64,000 bases of DNA from Candidatus Chisholmbacteria bacterium RIFCSPHIGHO2_01_FULL_52_32 (GTDB lineage: Bacteria > Patescibacteriota > Microgenomatia > UBA1400 > Chisholmbacteraceae), in the NCBI GenBank assembly GCA_001816585.1, contig MHCJ01000001.1, forward strand, positions 21,538 through 85,537. The letters run 5' to 3'. Every line of letters begins with the position of its first letter. Position 1 is the stretch's first letter. Of the stretch, positions 7,832-17,421 are shown one piece after another. Below the pieces are notes generated by a model, which did not search any database, was not told the DNA's origin, and worked only from the letters and a program-made list of their open reading frames with translations. A program made the position numbers and the translations under genes.

Positions 7832-10675
7832 ATGCCCGACCAACCTCCGATAAAAGAGCCTCCGCCGACATCTCCGCCAATCTCGAAAGAAGGATCCCAG
7901 CCTCTCGAGAGCCGATTCCAAAACTACCTCACCCTCCGTCGCCATATTAATGACCAATTCCTCATCAACGCCTCGGCGAAGGCCTCGCCGTTCTTATCCT
8001 CCGAGGTCAACCCCGCCCTCACCCAAACTGCTGCACATATCATTGGCCAACGCGCCATCCGCTATCTCCCGGAAGGGGACATCACTCAACCCGACCTCAT
8101 TCAGGCTATCCTGGCCGCCCAAAATGAGCTTGCCGATCGCGAGGTCTGGTTTGCGGCAACCCTTCCCAATAAAACCGATCGGAAGATCCTCGCCGAAACC
8201 ATAAGCCTTACGATAAGTCCTTCGCAAGCCCAGGCCGCGGTCCAGGAAGAAGCCGCCTTTGCCCAAGCGACACTCGATGATCTTCCCGAAAAACAAACTG
8301 CCATAGCCCAGATCGAAGCGGAACTGGTCAATGCCGGTGTCGATCCCAAAAAAAGCAAAACCCTGGCAACCCAGTTGAACACCCGCTTCGAAACTTGGTC
8401 CGAAAGAAGCCAAGCCGCTACCCCCCCACCCGTCATCCATGCCTTCGTCCGTCAAGCCGTTGGGCGCAGGATTGAAAACACACAAAATCTCTCGGAACGG
8501 TTGGCTCAAAAAGACGGTTTACACCAACGCACCGAGGCGATTGGTCACAACGCGGACAAAGGCCTCTCCTCGATCAAAAAAGGCCTCAAGATCACCGGCA
8601 GATTCCCGACCTCTCCGGGACTGCAAAAGGTCGGCAGGGTCCTCAAAGCCGGGGATATTATCAGCCACCCATTCTTCTACGCCAGAAGAGCCATTACTTT
8701 CCCCTTCCGCTATCTCGGCAGACAGATTGCCAGGCCGATGGTAAAGTTCGCCAAACGCACCGCCATCAAAGTGACATCCTGGACCGTGAAAAGGGTGGCC
8801 GCCTTCCTCGTCAAGGTCGGCCTCGGTTCTCTGGTCCGCTATGCGGAAGAGCTCGCCCTCGCCGGTACAGGCTTCGGCCTCCCCCTCGCCATCGCCCAAG
8901 AGCTCTTCTTCATCGGAACCGGAAAGTTCTTCAAGACCGTTAAACGAATAGCCAATGACTATAAAGAAACCTTCCGTGAGGGTATGCGAAACCCGCTCCT
9001 GGGTAGTCTGAAGTTTATCGGAACAGTAGCTGATCACGGCAGTAGCGTGGTCTTCGGCTCAGCCGGAGCCGTCCTCGGTACAGTATCGGGCGTCGCGATC
9101 GGTGCCCTGATCGGCTCGGTCGTTCCGGTTGTGGGTACCATCATCGGCGGTATCATCGGCGGCATTGCCGGAGGCGTCTTCGGCGCCGGCGTTGGGGCGG
9201 ACTTCGGCTACAAGCTGCGCAAAAGAGTTGAGAAAATGCTCAAAGCCAGGCTTGTCCTCTACCTCCTCATGAAAGCTCTCATCGCGAAACTCACCGGTGT
9301 TGTCGTCGGCTTTGGCCTAGGCGGCGTGCTCGGCTTTTTGTTGTCGGGAGGAAACCCATTAGGAGCTGTCCTCGGCGGCCTGACCGGAGGCTTCATCGGA
9401 GCCAACGCCCCGCAAATCCTCCAAGCGGTCAAGAATTTCGTCCTCAATGCCTGGCAATCAGCCTCCGGGGCCTTCCAGTCCCTCACCGCCGGACCGGGGC
9501 TTGTTTCCCAAACCGTTTCTGGGGTCGGTAACCTTCTCGGGCAAATACCATCCACCATTGCCAAAGGCTTCAACACCGCCACCGGCTGGATCAGCGGAAC
9601 AACCGTCAACACCGCCGCCACCGCGGAAAGTATCGGCGGCCAGATATTAACGACCGGTCCCTCGGCAACCCTCGTAGCCACACCGATCGCCACGGTCGGC
9701 CTTGTCACGCTCTTCTCCCTTATTGCCTACTCAGTCTTAACCGCCGCCTTCTTCGTCCCCCCGACCGAAGTCACTCCATTTTATGACGATCCCTCAAGAT
9801 TTATAAAGATCAGAAAACAAGCTTGCGTTGCCGGTACAGCCCCATTTGGATGTACACAAAACCAAATGAACCTCCCCAACCCGACCGAACAAGGCCCCTA
9901 CACCATCACCTACACCATCACCGTTGAGGCAACCGACCGCACCCTCACCGCCGTCACCATCAAGGACGAGTACACCAGCTTCGGCCGGTACCAAAGCCCT
10001 ACCAAAGCCCCAGAGGCTCCGCCCGCTCCCCCAGCCAGAACCTGGGACGGGGGAATTGTCATCCAAAACGGGCGACCCTGGACAACCACCCTAACCGTAA
10101 GCATTCCCAAAGCCACTATCTGGGACGATGCCATCCTCACCAATACGGTCACCGTCACGGCCACCGTTGAAGGTTTCTCTGATGAAGTAACCAACTCTAA
10201 GTCAGTCACCCTCATCTTCGGCAACCCACCCTTCTGCCCTCCGAATGGAGATCCTCTCGACAATCCATATTCCGTATCCGGGTATAGATACCTGAATCCT
10301 CTTTTCCATACTGGAGTCGATATCACCAATGGCTTCGGCAACCCGATATATTCAACCTTCCCTTGCCAGGCGCAAGTGGTCTTTTCCGGCTGGGGCACTG
10401 GTGGTTTCGGCTACTTCGTTGCGTTGCAAAGCGGGACTTGGTTTGCCTTCTATCCCCACATGGCCACCGATCCAGATGTCGGTGTAGGCGATATTGTCGG
10501 ATTCGGCACCGTGCTTGGGGCAGTGGGCAGCACCGGTAACTCTAGCGGCCCCCATCTCCATTACGAGATTAGAGACGGCACAAAAGGTGCTGTAAATCCA
10601 GCCGATAACTATCAACCACCCCTCACTGTCAATCCCTGCGACTTTGGTATAAATCCAACGAATTCATGTAACTGA
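7832..10675 (+). CDS. Large membrane protein with glycine-zipper TM region, Ig-like beta domain and C-terminal M23 (LytM) metallopeptidase
   Basis: M23 motifs HTGVD, YPHM and GSTGNSSGPHLHYEI; GxxxG-rich hydrophobic stretches; Thr-rich YTITVEA...LTNTVTV domain. Confidence 0.8.
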   Translation: MPDQPPIKEPPPTSPPISKEGSQPLESRFQNYLTLRRHINDQFLINASAKASPFLSSEVNPALTQTAAHIIGQRAIRYLPEGDITQPDLIQAILAAQNELADREVWFAATLPNKTDRKILAETISLTISPSQAQAAVQEEAAFAQATLDDLPEKQTAIAQIEAELVNAGVDPKKSKTLATQLNTRFETWSERSQAATPPPVIHAFVRQAVGRRIENTQNLSERLAQKDGLHQRTEAIGHNADKGLSSIKKGLKITGRFPTSPGLQKVGRVLKAGDIISHPFFYARRAITFPFRYLGRQIARPMVKFAKRTAIKVTSWTVKRVAAFLVKVGLGSLVRYAEELALAGTGFGLPLAIAQELFFIGTGKFFKTVKRIANDYKETFREGMRNPLLGSLKFIGTVADHGSSVVFGSAGAVLGTVSGVAIGALIGSVVPVVGTIIGGIIGGIAGGVFGAGVGADFGYKLRKRVEKMLKARLVLYLLMKALIAKLTGVVVGFGLGGVLGFLLSGGNPLGAVLGGLTGGFIGANAPQILQAVKNFVLNAWQSASGAFQSLTAGPGLVSQTVSGVGNLLGQIPSTIAKGFNTATGWISGTTVNTAATAESIGGQILTTGPSATLVATPIATVGLVTLFSLIAYSVLTAAFFVPPTEVTPFYDDPSRFIKIRKQACVAGTAPFGCTQNQMNLPNPTEQGPYTITYTITVEATDRTLTAVTIKDEYTSFGRYQSPTKAPEAPPAPPARTWDGGIVIQNGRPWTTTLTVSIPKATIWDDAILTNTVTVTATVEGFSDEVTNSKSVTLIFGNPPFCPPNGDPLDNPYSVSGYRYLNPLFHTGVDITNGFGNPIYSTFPCQAQVVFSGWGTGGFGYFVALQSGTWFAFYPHMATDPDVGVGDIVGFGTVLGAVGSTGNSSGPHLHYEIRDGTKGAVNPADNYQPPLTVNPCDFGINPTNSCN

Positions 10676-10694
10676 AGGGGTATAATAAAAACCG

Positions 10695-11759
10695 ATGCAA
10701 TATCGTCTTTCACTCTCCACATTGAAAAGGATCCTCTCCGTAAAAACGGCTCTGTTAATCCTTCTCGTGATTATAATTTTCACCTTAATCGTAGTTATCC
10801 AAAGAGCGCGTCGGAAAGAAACACAACCTCCGGGGGTAAACCCCACATTCGGAGATATTCCTGCCCCAAAACCATCGTACGTTTCCCAGATGAAACCACC
10901 TCAATCAACCGAACTAACACCAGATGAGCAAATCAACCTCAGTGAAACTGCCACTGTCTTCCGACGCGCCTCAACCACACTGACCGATAAACAGGCCAGA
11001 GATATCGCACGTTCATTCGGAATCTCAGGAGAACCCCTGACCTCAAAAACCTCTGTAACATTCCGTGAGAATAACCGCGTGCTTATCGTCAGCTTCAAAA
11101 AAGGTTCGCTTTCATACTTCGAACCCTTGCAGGAGTATCTGAAAGACTTCAGACAGAAAGCCTTGGAAGATTATGCTCTGATTCTCCTCAAACAGCTTTA
11201 CCCCGGGGATCCGCTTTGGGCAAACCCAAAAGTCAAGACTGGTTTCTTCACCATCATTGAGATGCAAGACTTCAAACCCACTGCTCCAAATAAAGCCGAT
11301 CTTGCAATCGTCGATCTTTATCCCACAATCGAGGGACTAAGCATTGTTGGCCCCTTCGATCCCTTCGGACACACCGGAATGGTAAGTATACAATTCAATA
11401 AAAGAGACGGCAGCCTCGTGTTAAACGGCCTGCCAACAGGACTGAACACAGCCCAGGTTGGTACCTATCCGCTGAAGAGCCTTGACGCAGTCCAAGAGGA
11501 AATCAAGCTTGGCCAAGTAACGTTAACTGCCACCATTCCTGAAGGGCAAACCCCAAAAAGCGTGGACTGGGGACAAAACCTCGATCCAACCAAGGCTAGC
11601 TTTACTTCAATCGAACTGGTCTACTACTATGATCCCGATCCTAACGCTTTCCTTCAGCCTATATACCTTTTTTCCGGAAAAACCACCCTTACCGACGGAC
11701 GCCCCGCCAACATTTTCGCCATCCTCCCCGCCATCGACCCCCAATACCTCAAGCCCTAA
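10695..11759 (+). CDS. Membrane-anchored extracellular hypothetical protein
   Basis: Single N-terminal TM helix; C-terminal YYYD...LQPIYLFSG...LPAI; TATAAT 8 nt before ATG. Confidence 0.8.
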   Translation: MQYRLSLSTLKRILSVKTALLILLVIIIFTLIVVIQRARRKETQPPGVNPTFGDIPAPKPSYVSQMKPPQSTELTPDEQINLSETATVFRRASTTLTDKQARDIARSFGISGEPLTSKTSVTFRENNRVLIVSFKKGSLSYFEPLQEYLKDFRQKALEDYALILLKQLYPGDPLWANPKVKTGFFTIIEMQDFKPTAPNKADLAIVDLYPTIEGLSIVGPFDPFGHTGMVSIQFNKRDGSLVLNGLPTGLNTAQVGTYPLKSLDAVQEEIKLGQVTLTATIPEGQTPKSVDWGQNLDPTKASFTSIELVYYYDPDPNAFLQPIYLFSGKTTLTDGRPANIFAILPAIDPQYLKP

Positions 11760-11874
11760 ACCCCCTACCCTCAACCCTCTCCCCTTGCTATAATGCCCTT
11801 GTGAGAAAGAGTAAGGAGTAAGTGTAAAGTCGTTAAAGACTTACCACCTATTCCTATTCACTTATTCCTTGTTT

Positions 11875-12978
11875 ATGGAACAGCACCCCGTCCCCCAGCA
11901 AATCTCCGCCTACCACTTTCGCTTGGTTGGCGACATGACCATCAAACAATTCGTCGAGCTTGCCGGCGGCATCGTCGTCGGCTGGGTCATCTACTCCCTC
12001 CCCGTCCACGCGATCCTCCGCTGGCCCCTGGTGATTTTCTCGGTGTTCGTCGGCATCGCCCTGGCCTTCCTCCCCTTTGAAGAGCGGCCTCTGGATCGCT
12101 GGTTTTTTGCCTTCATCAAAGCCATCTACTCCCCAACCCAGCTCCTCTGGAGAAAGGCGCCAATCGTTCCCGCCTTCTTCGAAGAAATACAGGTTTCCGC
12201 ACCATCCGCCGCGGAAGAAAGGAGCGGTGCTGACAAAACCAGGCTCCAAGAATACTTGGAAACCCTCCCGGCCCAAGGACCCATGACAAACATCGATAAA
12301 AAAGAGCTGCACTTCGTCTCGGACATCATGAAGCTCTATTTAGAAGTCCAACCCACCACCATCCAAGCCGTTCGTCCGGCTCGCCCGATCCTTGAGGAAG
12401 AACGCGTTCCTAAGGTAGCGGTCCGCAAGCTCAAAACCCCGCCGCTTGATCCCCGCGCGATTATGCGGGGCGAAATCATCATGCCCAAGCGCACTTCTGG
12501 TAAACCGAGGAAAATTCAGATTCCCAAATTCGAACCGATCGAGGTAGACAAGTTCGCGGGGGTCCTCCCCACCCCACCTTCTCCTATTTCCCCGCAGGAG
12601 ACCCCAGCCCTCGATTTGGGAGGAATTTCCCCGGCCGCCACCATCAGGCCGAAACAACCCCAAAGACCTTCCGTCCAGGCAAGCGTCCGCCCGGACCTCC
12701 CCATCCCAACTCCCCCGACCGAACCGAACGTCCTTGTTGGCATGGTGGTCGACAGAGAAGGGAATATTCTCGATAACACCATCGTGACAATCAGAACTAA
12801 GGAAGGAAATATCGCTCGTGCCCAGAAGACCAACAAAATCGGTCAATTCTTTATCATCACCCCCCTCGAAAACGGAACCTACGCGGTCGAAGTTGAGCGG
12901 GAGGGCTTCACCTTTGATATAATCAAAATCGAGCTTATCGGAAAACCGGTCCCGCCAATCGATATCCGCGCCAAATAA
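11875..12978 (+). CDS. prgI: PrgI family (VirB3-like) protein with Pro-rich linker and C-terminal carboxypeptidase-regulatory-like beta domain
   Basis: QHPVPQQISAYHFRLVGDMTIKQF, two TM helices, ERPLDRW...P; C-terminal GMVVDREGNIL...TNKIGQF...GTYAVEVEREGFTF. Confidence 0.8.
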   Translation: MEQHPVPQQISAYHFRLVGDMTIKQFVELAGGIVVGWVIYSLPVHAILRWPLVIFSVFVGIALAFLPFEERPLDRWFFAFIKAIYSPTQLLWRKAPIVPAFFEEIQVSAPSAAEERSGADKTRLQEYLETLPAQGPMTNIDKKELHFVSDIMKLYLEVQPTTIQAVRPARPILEEERVPKVAVRKLKTPPLDPRAIMRGEIIMPKRTSGKPRKIQIPKFEPIEVDKFAGVLPTPPSPISPQETPALDLGGISPAATIRPKQPQRPSVQASVRPDLPIPTPPTEPNVLVGMVVDREGNILDNTIVTIRTKEGNIARAQKTNKIGQFFIITPLENGTYAVEVEREGFTFDIIKIELIGKPVPPIDIRAK

Positions 12979-12989
12979 GCGAAAGGGTT

Positions 12990-13024
12990 AATTTTTAACT
13001 TTTCACTTTTAACTTTTAACTATT
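12990..13024 (+). repeat. Five 7-mer units (AATTTTT AACTTTT CACTTTT AACTTTT AACTATT) ending 3 nt before ATG 13028
   Basis: Directly visible; fills most of the 49-nt intergenic gap. Confidence 0.9.
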
Positions 13025-13027
13025 TCC

Positions 13028-13978
13028 ATGGCTCCCGCCCCAATCCAAGCCTCAACCCAAGAACACCTCGAACTTGAGGATATCATCGACAATCTCATCA
13101 TTTTAAAAGACGGCTCTGCCGCCATGATTATCACCACGACGGCCGTCAACTTCGGTCTCCTCTCAGAATCAGAGCAGGACGCAACCATCTACGCCTACGC
13201 CGCGCTGTTGAACTCCCTCACCTTTCCCATCCAGGTCCTCATCCGCTCAAACCGAAAGGACATCACCGGCTACGAAAAGCTTCTCTCCGAGCAGGAAGCC
13301 CGGACTCCCAAGCCGGAGAACAAAGAGCGCATCCGAAAATATCGGGAGTTTATCCAAGAAACCGTCCGTCAACGGAATGTGCTGGACAAAAAGTTCTATA
13401 TCATCATTCCGTTCTCCGTGCTCGAACTGGGAGTGGCCAAATCCGCCTCAGCCATCGCCAAAGGCACCCGCCACACCCTTCCCTTTCCGAAGGACTACAT
13501 CGCCGGTCGAGCCAAGGTTGCCCTTGAACCAAAGCGCGACCACCTCCTTCACCAGCTAGCCAGGCTCGGTCTGCGCGCAAGGCAACTCACCACCAAAGAG
13601 CTGATTCAGCTCATGTTTGAAATCTACAATCCCGAAAGTGCCCAAGGACAGCTTCTCGCTCCTCCGGAGGAGTATCAAACTCCCCTTGTTCGAGCGGCCA
13701 TCGCTTTCCAGGAGCTCCCCCAAATCGAACCCCCCCAACCGCAACCGGCAAAACCGCCTTTCCAAGCCCCTCCTCCGCCCTTAAACCCATTACCGGGAAG
13801 TCAGCCTCAAGTAGTAAGAGAAAATCCTGGACTATCCCAATCCGGCCCCCAAATCACAAGGGAAAATGCCCCGCCTGCTCCCCCCCAAACAACAATCGGA
13901 GATTCAGGCTTTGAGAAACAAGCCCAATCGACCATCGATTCAGCGATGAGCGGTGTCAATGTGAAGGAGGAAGTCTAA
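13028..13978 (+). CDS. TraC/VirB4 N-terminal-like accessory protein
   Basis: STQEHLELEDI...VNFGLLSESEQDA...LNSLTFPIQV...KKFYIII pattern; Pro-rich tail; stop overlaps the virB4 start. Confidence 0.75.
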   Translation: MAPAPIQASTQEHLELEDIIDNLIILKDGSAAMIITTTAVNFGLLSESEQDATIYAYAALLNSLTFPIQVLIRSNRKDITGYEKLLSEQEARTPKPENKERIRKYREFIQETVRQRNVLDKKFYIIIPFSVLELGVAKSASAIAKGTRHTLPFPKDYIAGRAKVALEPKRDHLLHQLARLGLRARQLTTKELIQLMFEIYNPESAQGQLLAPPEEYQTPLVRAAIAFQELPQIEPPQPQPAKPPFQAPPPPLNPLPGSQPQVVRENPGLSQSGPQITRENAPPAPPQTTIGDSGFEKQAQSTIDSAMSGVNVKEEV

Positions 13979-15930
13979 TGCCCGCCCTCGACATCATCCA
14001 AAAAATCCTCCCTGGGGCAAAACCAAAAGAAGGCCCCCAAGTTTCCCAACCAGGGGCAACACCGGGGAAAAATCCCGTCACCTCCACAAAATCGCGGGCC
14101 GTCGCCCAAAAGCTCGGCACGGGCATGGTCTCCATTCAAGACATCATTGCTCCCGAATCAATTGATGTGGACTTTTCACACTTAAAAATCGGTAATGCCT
14201 ATGTCAGAACCCTCTTTGTCGCTGGCTACCCCAGGTTCGTCAGCGCCAATTGGTTGGCTCCCTTGATAAACTTCGAGCACTCTCTCGATGTATCAATGTT
14301 CATCTATCCTGTCGAGGGCCGCGAGGTCCTCGATGAGCTCAGGCGGAAAATTGGCGAGATGGAGGCGGAAATCGAATCAGATCTCAAGCGCGGTCATATC
14401 GCCGTGGTTGATACGGAAATAAAGCTTGCCGATGCCAAGGCTCTCCAAGAAGAGCTCGCCAAAGGGGCGGAGCGCTTTTTCCAGTTCGGACTCTACGCCA
14501 CCATCACGGCAGTAACACTCGACGAGCTCAGCTCCACCACCAGAAGGGTCCAATCGCTCCTGGGCTCTCTGCTCATCATTTCCAAATCCGCAACCCTCCA
14601 AATGGAGGAAGGCTTCAAAACCACCCTTCCCCTCGGTCAAGACCGCCTTGTGATTACCCGCAATATGGATACCACCTCCCTTGCCACAACCTTTCCCTTC
14701 ACGTCTTCCGAGCTTACCGCCAACGAAGGCATTATGTATGGAATAAACGAACACAACGATTCCCTCATTATCTTCGACCGATTTAGCCTGGAAAATGCCA
14801 ACATGGTCATTTTCGGGAAAAGCGGTTCAGGGAAAAGCTTCTTTGAGAAACTCGAAATCATGCGCTCCTTAATGTTCGGGGTCGAAGTGATCGTCATCGA
14901 TCCCGAAGAAGAATATCGCCGGCTCTGCGATGCCCTTGGGGGAACCTACATTGACTTTGGCTACAATGCACCGGCGAAAATCAACCCCTACGACCTCTCC
15001 GCAATCTACGAGGAAGGGGAAAACGAGCTTGGTCTAAAAATCCTCTCCCTCCATGGACTATTAAAGGTGATGCTTGGCGATGTAACACCGAACGAAGAGG
15101 CAATCCTCGACAGAGCCCTCATTGGCACGTACAAAGCCCGAGGTATCACCCCGGATCCCGCTACCCAACGGAACGAACCGCCACTCATGGAGGACCTCTA
15201 TAAGACACTCATTGGCATGGAGGAAGCCACGGCCAAAGGGCTTTCCGACAGGCTCGAGAAATATGTCAAAGGATCATTCAGAAGCTTCTTCGATCAACAG
15301 TCCAACGTCGACCTGAAGAATTCCCTCACGGTTTTCTCTCTCAAAGAGCTGGAGAACGAAACTCGCCCGATCATCATGTACATCATCCTCGACTACATCT
15401 GGACTAAAGTGAAACGGGATATGAAAAAGCGCCTGGTCGTCGTCGATGAAGCCTGGTACCTGATGAAAAACGCGGACTCGGCTACCTTCCTCTACTCAAT
15501 CGCGAAACGGGCCCGCAAATACTTCCTCGGCCTCACCACCATCACCCAAGACGTCGAAGATTTCCTTGGATCTGACTACGGACACGCAATTATCACCAAC
15601 TCCTCAATCCAGATCCTATTCAAGCAGTCATCGGCCGCCATCGAGCGTCTCGCCGAAGCCTTTTACCTCTCAGAGGGAGAAAAGCATCTCCTTTTGGCCG
15701 CTGATGTTGGCGAGGGATTGTTTTTTGCCGGGCAAAACCACGTAGCCATGCGCGTTGTCGCCTCATCCGAGGAACATCACCTCATCACCACCAAACCCCA
15801 AGAGCTTGTAGAGCTGGAAAGAGAAAAAGAAGAAACCTCCCCCCGAACGACCGCAGCAGTTCCCCGCCCGGGGGAACGGCCGACCCCAACCAACCCACAG
15901 CCCAAAGGGCCTCCCGCTACCAGCTACTAG
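13978..15930 (+). CDS. virB4: VirB4/TraE-like type IV secretion ATPase
   Basis: Walker A GKSGSGKS, VIDPEEEY, INPYD, Walker B VVVDEAW, KRARKY...ITQDVEDF. Confidence 0.92.
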   Translation: MPALDIIQKILPGAKPKEGPQVSQPGATPGKNPVTSTKSRAVAQKLGTGMVSIQDIIAPESIDVDFSHLKIGNAYVRTLFVAGYPRFVSANWLAPLINFEHSLDVSMFIYPVEGREVLDELRRKIGEMEAEIESDLKRGHIAVVDTEIKLADAKALQEELAKGAERFFQFGLYATITAVTLDELSSTTRRVQSLLGSLLIISKSATLQMEEGFKTTLPLGQDRLVITRNMDTTSLATTFPFTSSELTANEGIMYGINEHNDSLIIFDRFSLENANMVIFGKSGSGKSFFEKLEIMRSLMFGVEVIVIDPEEEYRRLCDALGGTYIDFGYNAPAKINPYDLSAIYEEGENELGLKILSLHGLLKVMLGDVTPNEEAILDRALIGTYKARGITPDPATQRNEPPLMEDLYKTLIGMEEATAKGLSDRLEKYVKGSFRSFFDQQSNVDLKNSLTVFSLKELENETRPIIMYIILDYIWTKVKRDMKKRLVVVDEAWYLMKNADSATFLYSIAKRARKYFLGLTTITQDVEDFLGSDYGHAIITNSSIQILFKQSSAAIERLAEAFYLSEGEKHLLLAADVGEGLFFAGQNHVAMRVVASSEEHHLITTKPQELVELEREKEETSPRTTAAVPRPGERPTPTNPQPKGPPATSY

Positions 15931-15966
15931 TAGGGCACCAGGCACTCGTCGCCTGATACTCTATCC

Positions 15967-17115
15967 CTACTTCTGCACCCGAACGGGCATGATCAGATGA
16001 AAAAAAGCTTCCTTTTCAGAAGCAGGGCGGAACACCCCGGGATCCAATCCCCCATTCATTCCAAACACTATCTTCTCCGTCGGAAAAATGGACAAAAGCT
16101 CTAAAAGATACCGGCTGTTAAAAGCGATCTCGCCCTCCCCTCCGGAAAGAGAAATCTCAACCATGTTTTCGCCTTCACCATATGAAGGGGCGTTGGCAGA
16201 AATCGTCAGTCCGGTCTTCTGAAGCTTCCACTGAATGATGTTTGCGCTATCCCGAGCAAAAATCGCAGCCGCTCGAACTGCCCTGAGGAGGGACTCACGA
16301 TCGATGTTCGCCACAATCTTCTCCTCTTTGGGAATAACTTGAGAAAAGTTGGGGAAAGACCCCTCGATGAGCCGGGTTGTCACTTCCCCGTCGCCAAGGC
16401 GGAACATGAGAAGATTCTGTTCAGGAACGAGCCCAAAAGACACTTCGGAAGCGCCAAGCTCATCCGCCAAACGGTCGACATCCCGTAAAGCGCGTGCCGG
16501 GACAATCAATCCCTCTCCTACCACCTTTTTTAGTGCCTTCTGCCACTTCTCTCCTTTCTTTTCCGAATCGGATGAAAGCTGTACCACGCTCAAGCGATAG
16601 CCATCGGTAGCTACAAACTGTAGTCCATTCCCTTCAAGCCTCAGCAAAACGCCGGAGAGGACCGGCCGTGTCTCATCGGAGGATGCCGCAAACACAACCC
16701 TCTCCACTGCCTCCCGAAACGAAGAAACAGGGAGGGAAAACTCCCCGGTACCCGAAACTTGGCTTAAAGATGGAAACTCCATCGCAGGAATACCGGAAAG
16801 TCGGGCCCGATAGGAACCGCACTGGATCCGAAGCGATTCTCCCTCCAAAGACAGCTCAACCGGAGCCAGCGGAAAAGACGAAACAAGCTCACCAAAAACC
16901 TTCGCCGGAACCGTTATCGCTCCCTCTTTCTTTACCTTCGCCCCAATCCGAAGCTGAATCCCCAGACTTAAGTCCGTCGCAGCCAGCTGGAGGATTCCCT
17001 CTTTCGCTGTCAGCAGAACATTCGAAAGAATAGGCAGAGACGGTTTAGAAGAAACCGCATAGGCAACTGACGAGAGACCCTTAACGAGCTTATCCTGAAG
17101 AACTGAAACCTGCAT
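15967..17115 (-). CDS. dnaN: DNA polymerase III beta sliding clamp
   Basis: LPILSNVLL, AATDL, ETRPVLSGV, VATDGYRL, IAFNSRYL, LIMPVR; downstream of dnaA. Confidence 0.97.
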   Translation of the reverse strand: MQVSVLQDKLVKGLSSVAYAVSSKPSLPILSNVLLTAKEGILQLAATDLSLGIQLRIGAKVKKEGAITVPAKVFGELVSSFPLAPVELSLEGESLRIQCGSYRARLSGIPAMEFPSLSQVSGTGEFSLPVSSFREAVERVVFAASSDETRPVLSGVLLRLEGNGLQFVATDGYRLSVVQLSSDSEKKGEKWQKALKKVVGEGLIVPARALRDVDRLADELGASEVSFGLVPEQNLLMFRLGDGEVTTRLIEGSFPNFSQVIPKEEKIVANIDRESLLRAVRAAAIFARDSANIIQWKLQKTGLTISANAPSYGEGENMVEISLSGGEGEIAFNSRYLLELLSIFPTEKIVFGMNGGLDPGVFRPASEKEAFFHLIMPVRVQK

Positions 17116-17199
17116 AATTCCCTCCTGAATAATGATTATAAACAGTTGTTCCGAAAGAAGATATCAACAAACATTAAAAGCCACCTTCCTCCGTCCTAC

Positions 17200-17355
17200 T
17201 ACAGAGTATATATAGTAGTAAGAGTAGCAGGTGTTGAGGAAAAGTATAAAACTCACGACTCTCCCTCTGTTAGTTTCTTCATTCCTTCGTGTGCAAAAAA
17301 GGACCTGTTATTGTGGAAAAGATTGTGGAAAAAAGGGGATAGTTTGTGGAAAAAC
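17200..17355. other. Probable oriC unwinding region: DnaA boxes, DnaA-trios and TA tract
   Basis: TGTGGAAAA at 17312, 17324 and 17345; variants TGAGGAAAA at 17235 and TGTGCAAAA at 17290; TAG TAG TAA GAG TAG CAG at 17213..17230 next to TATATA; lies between dnaA and dnaN. Confidence 0.85.
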
Positions 17356-17421
17356 CGAAACCTCCCCGGGAGGTATCGTTCAAGGACAAGCCATGTCCGA
17401 GCCTGGAAAGAGCCAAGATAG

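Noticed and set aside
1224..15930. Integrative conjugative element or prophage
   Set aside because: No integrase, relaxase, att repeats or phage structural genes visible; not excluded beyond the left edge.
15931..15966. Intrinsic terminator between virB4 and dnaN
   Set aside because: Only an imperfect stem (GTAGGG...CCCTAC, CAGGC...GCCTG) without a U-tract; too weak to call.
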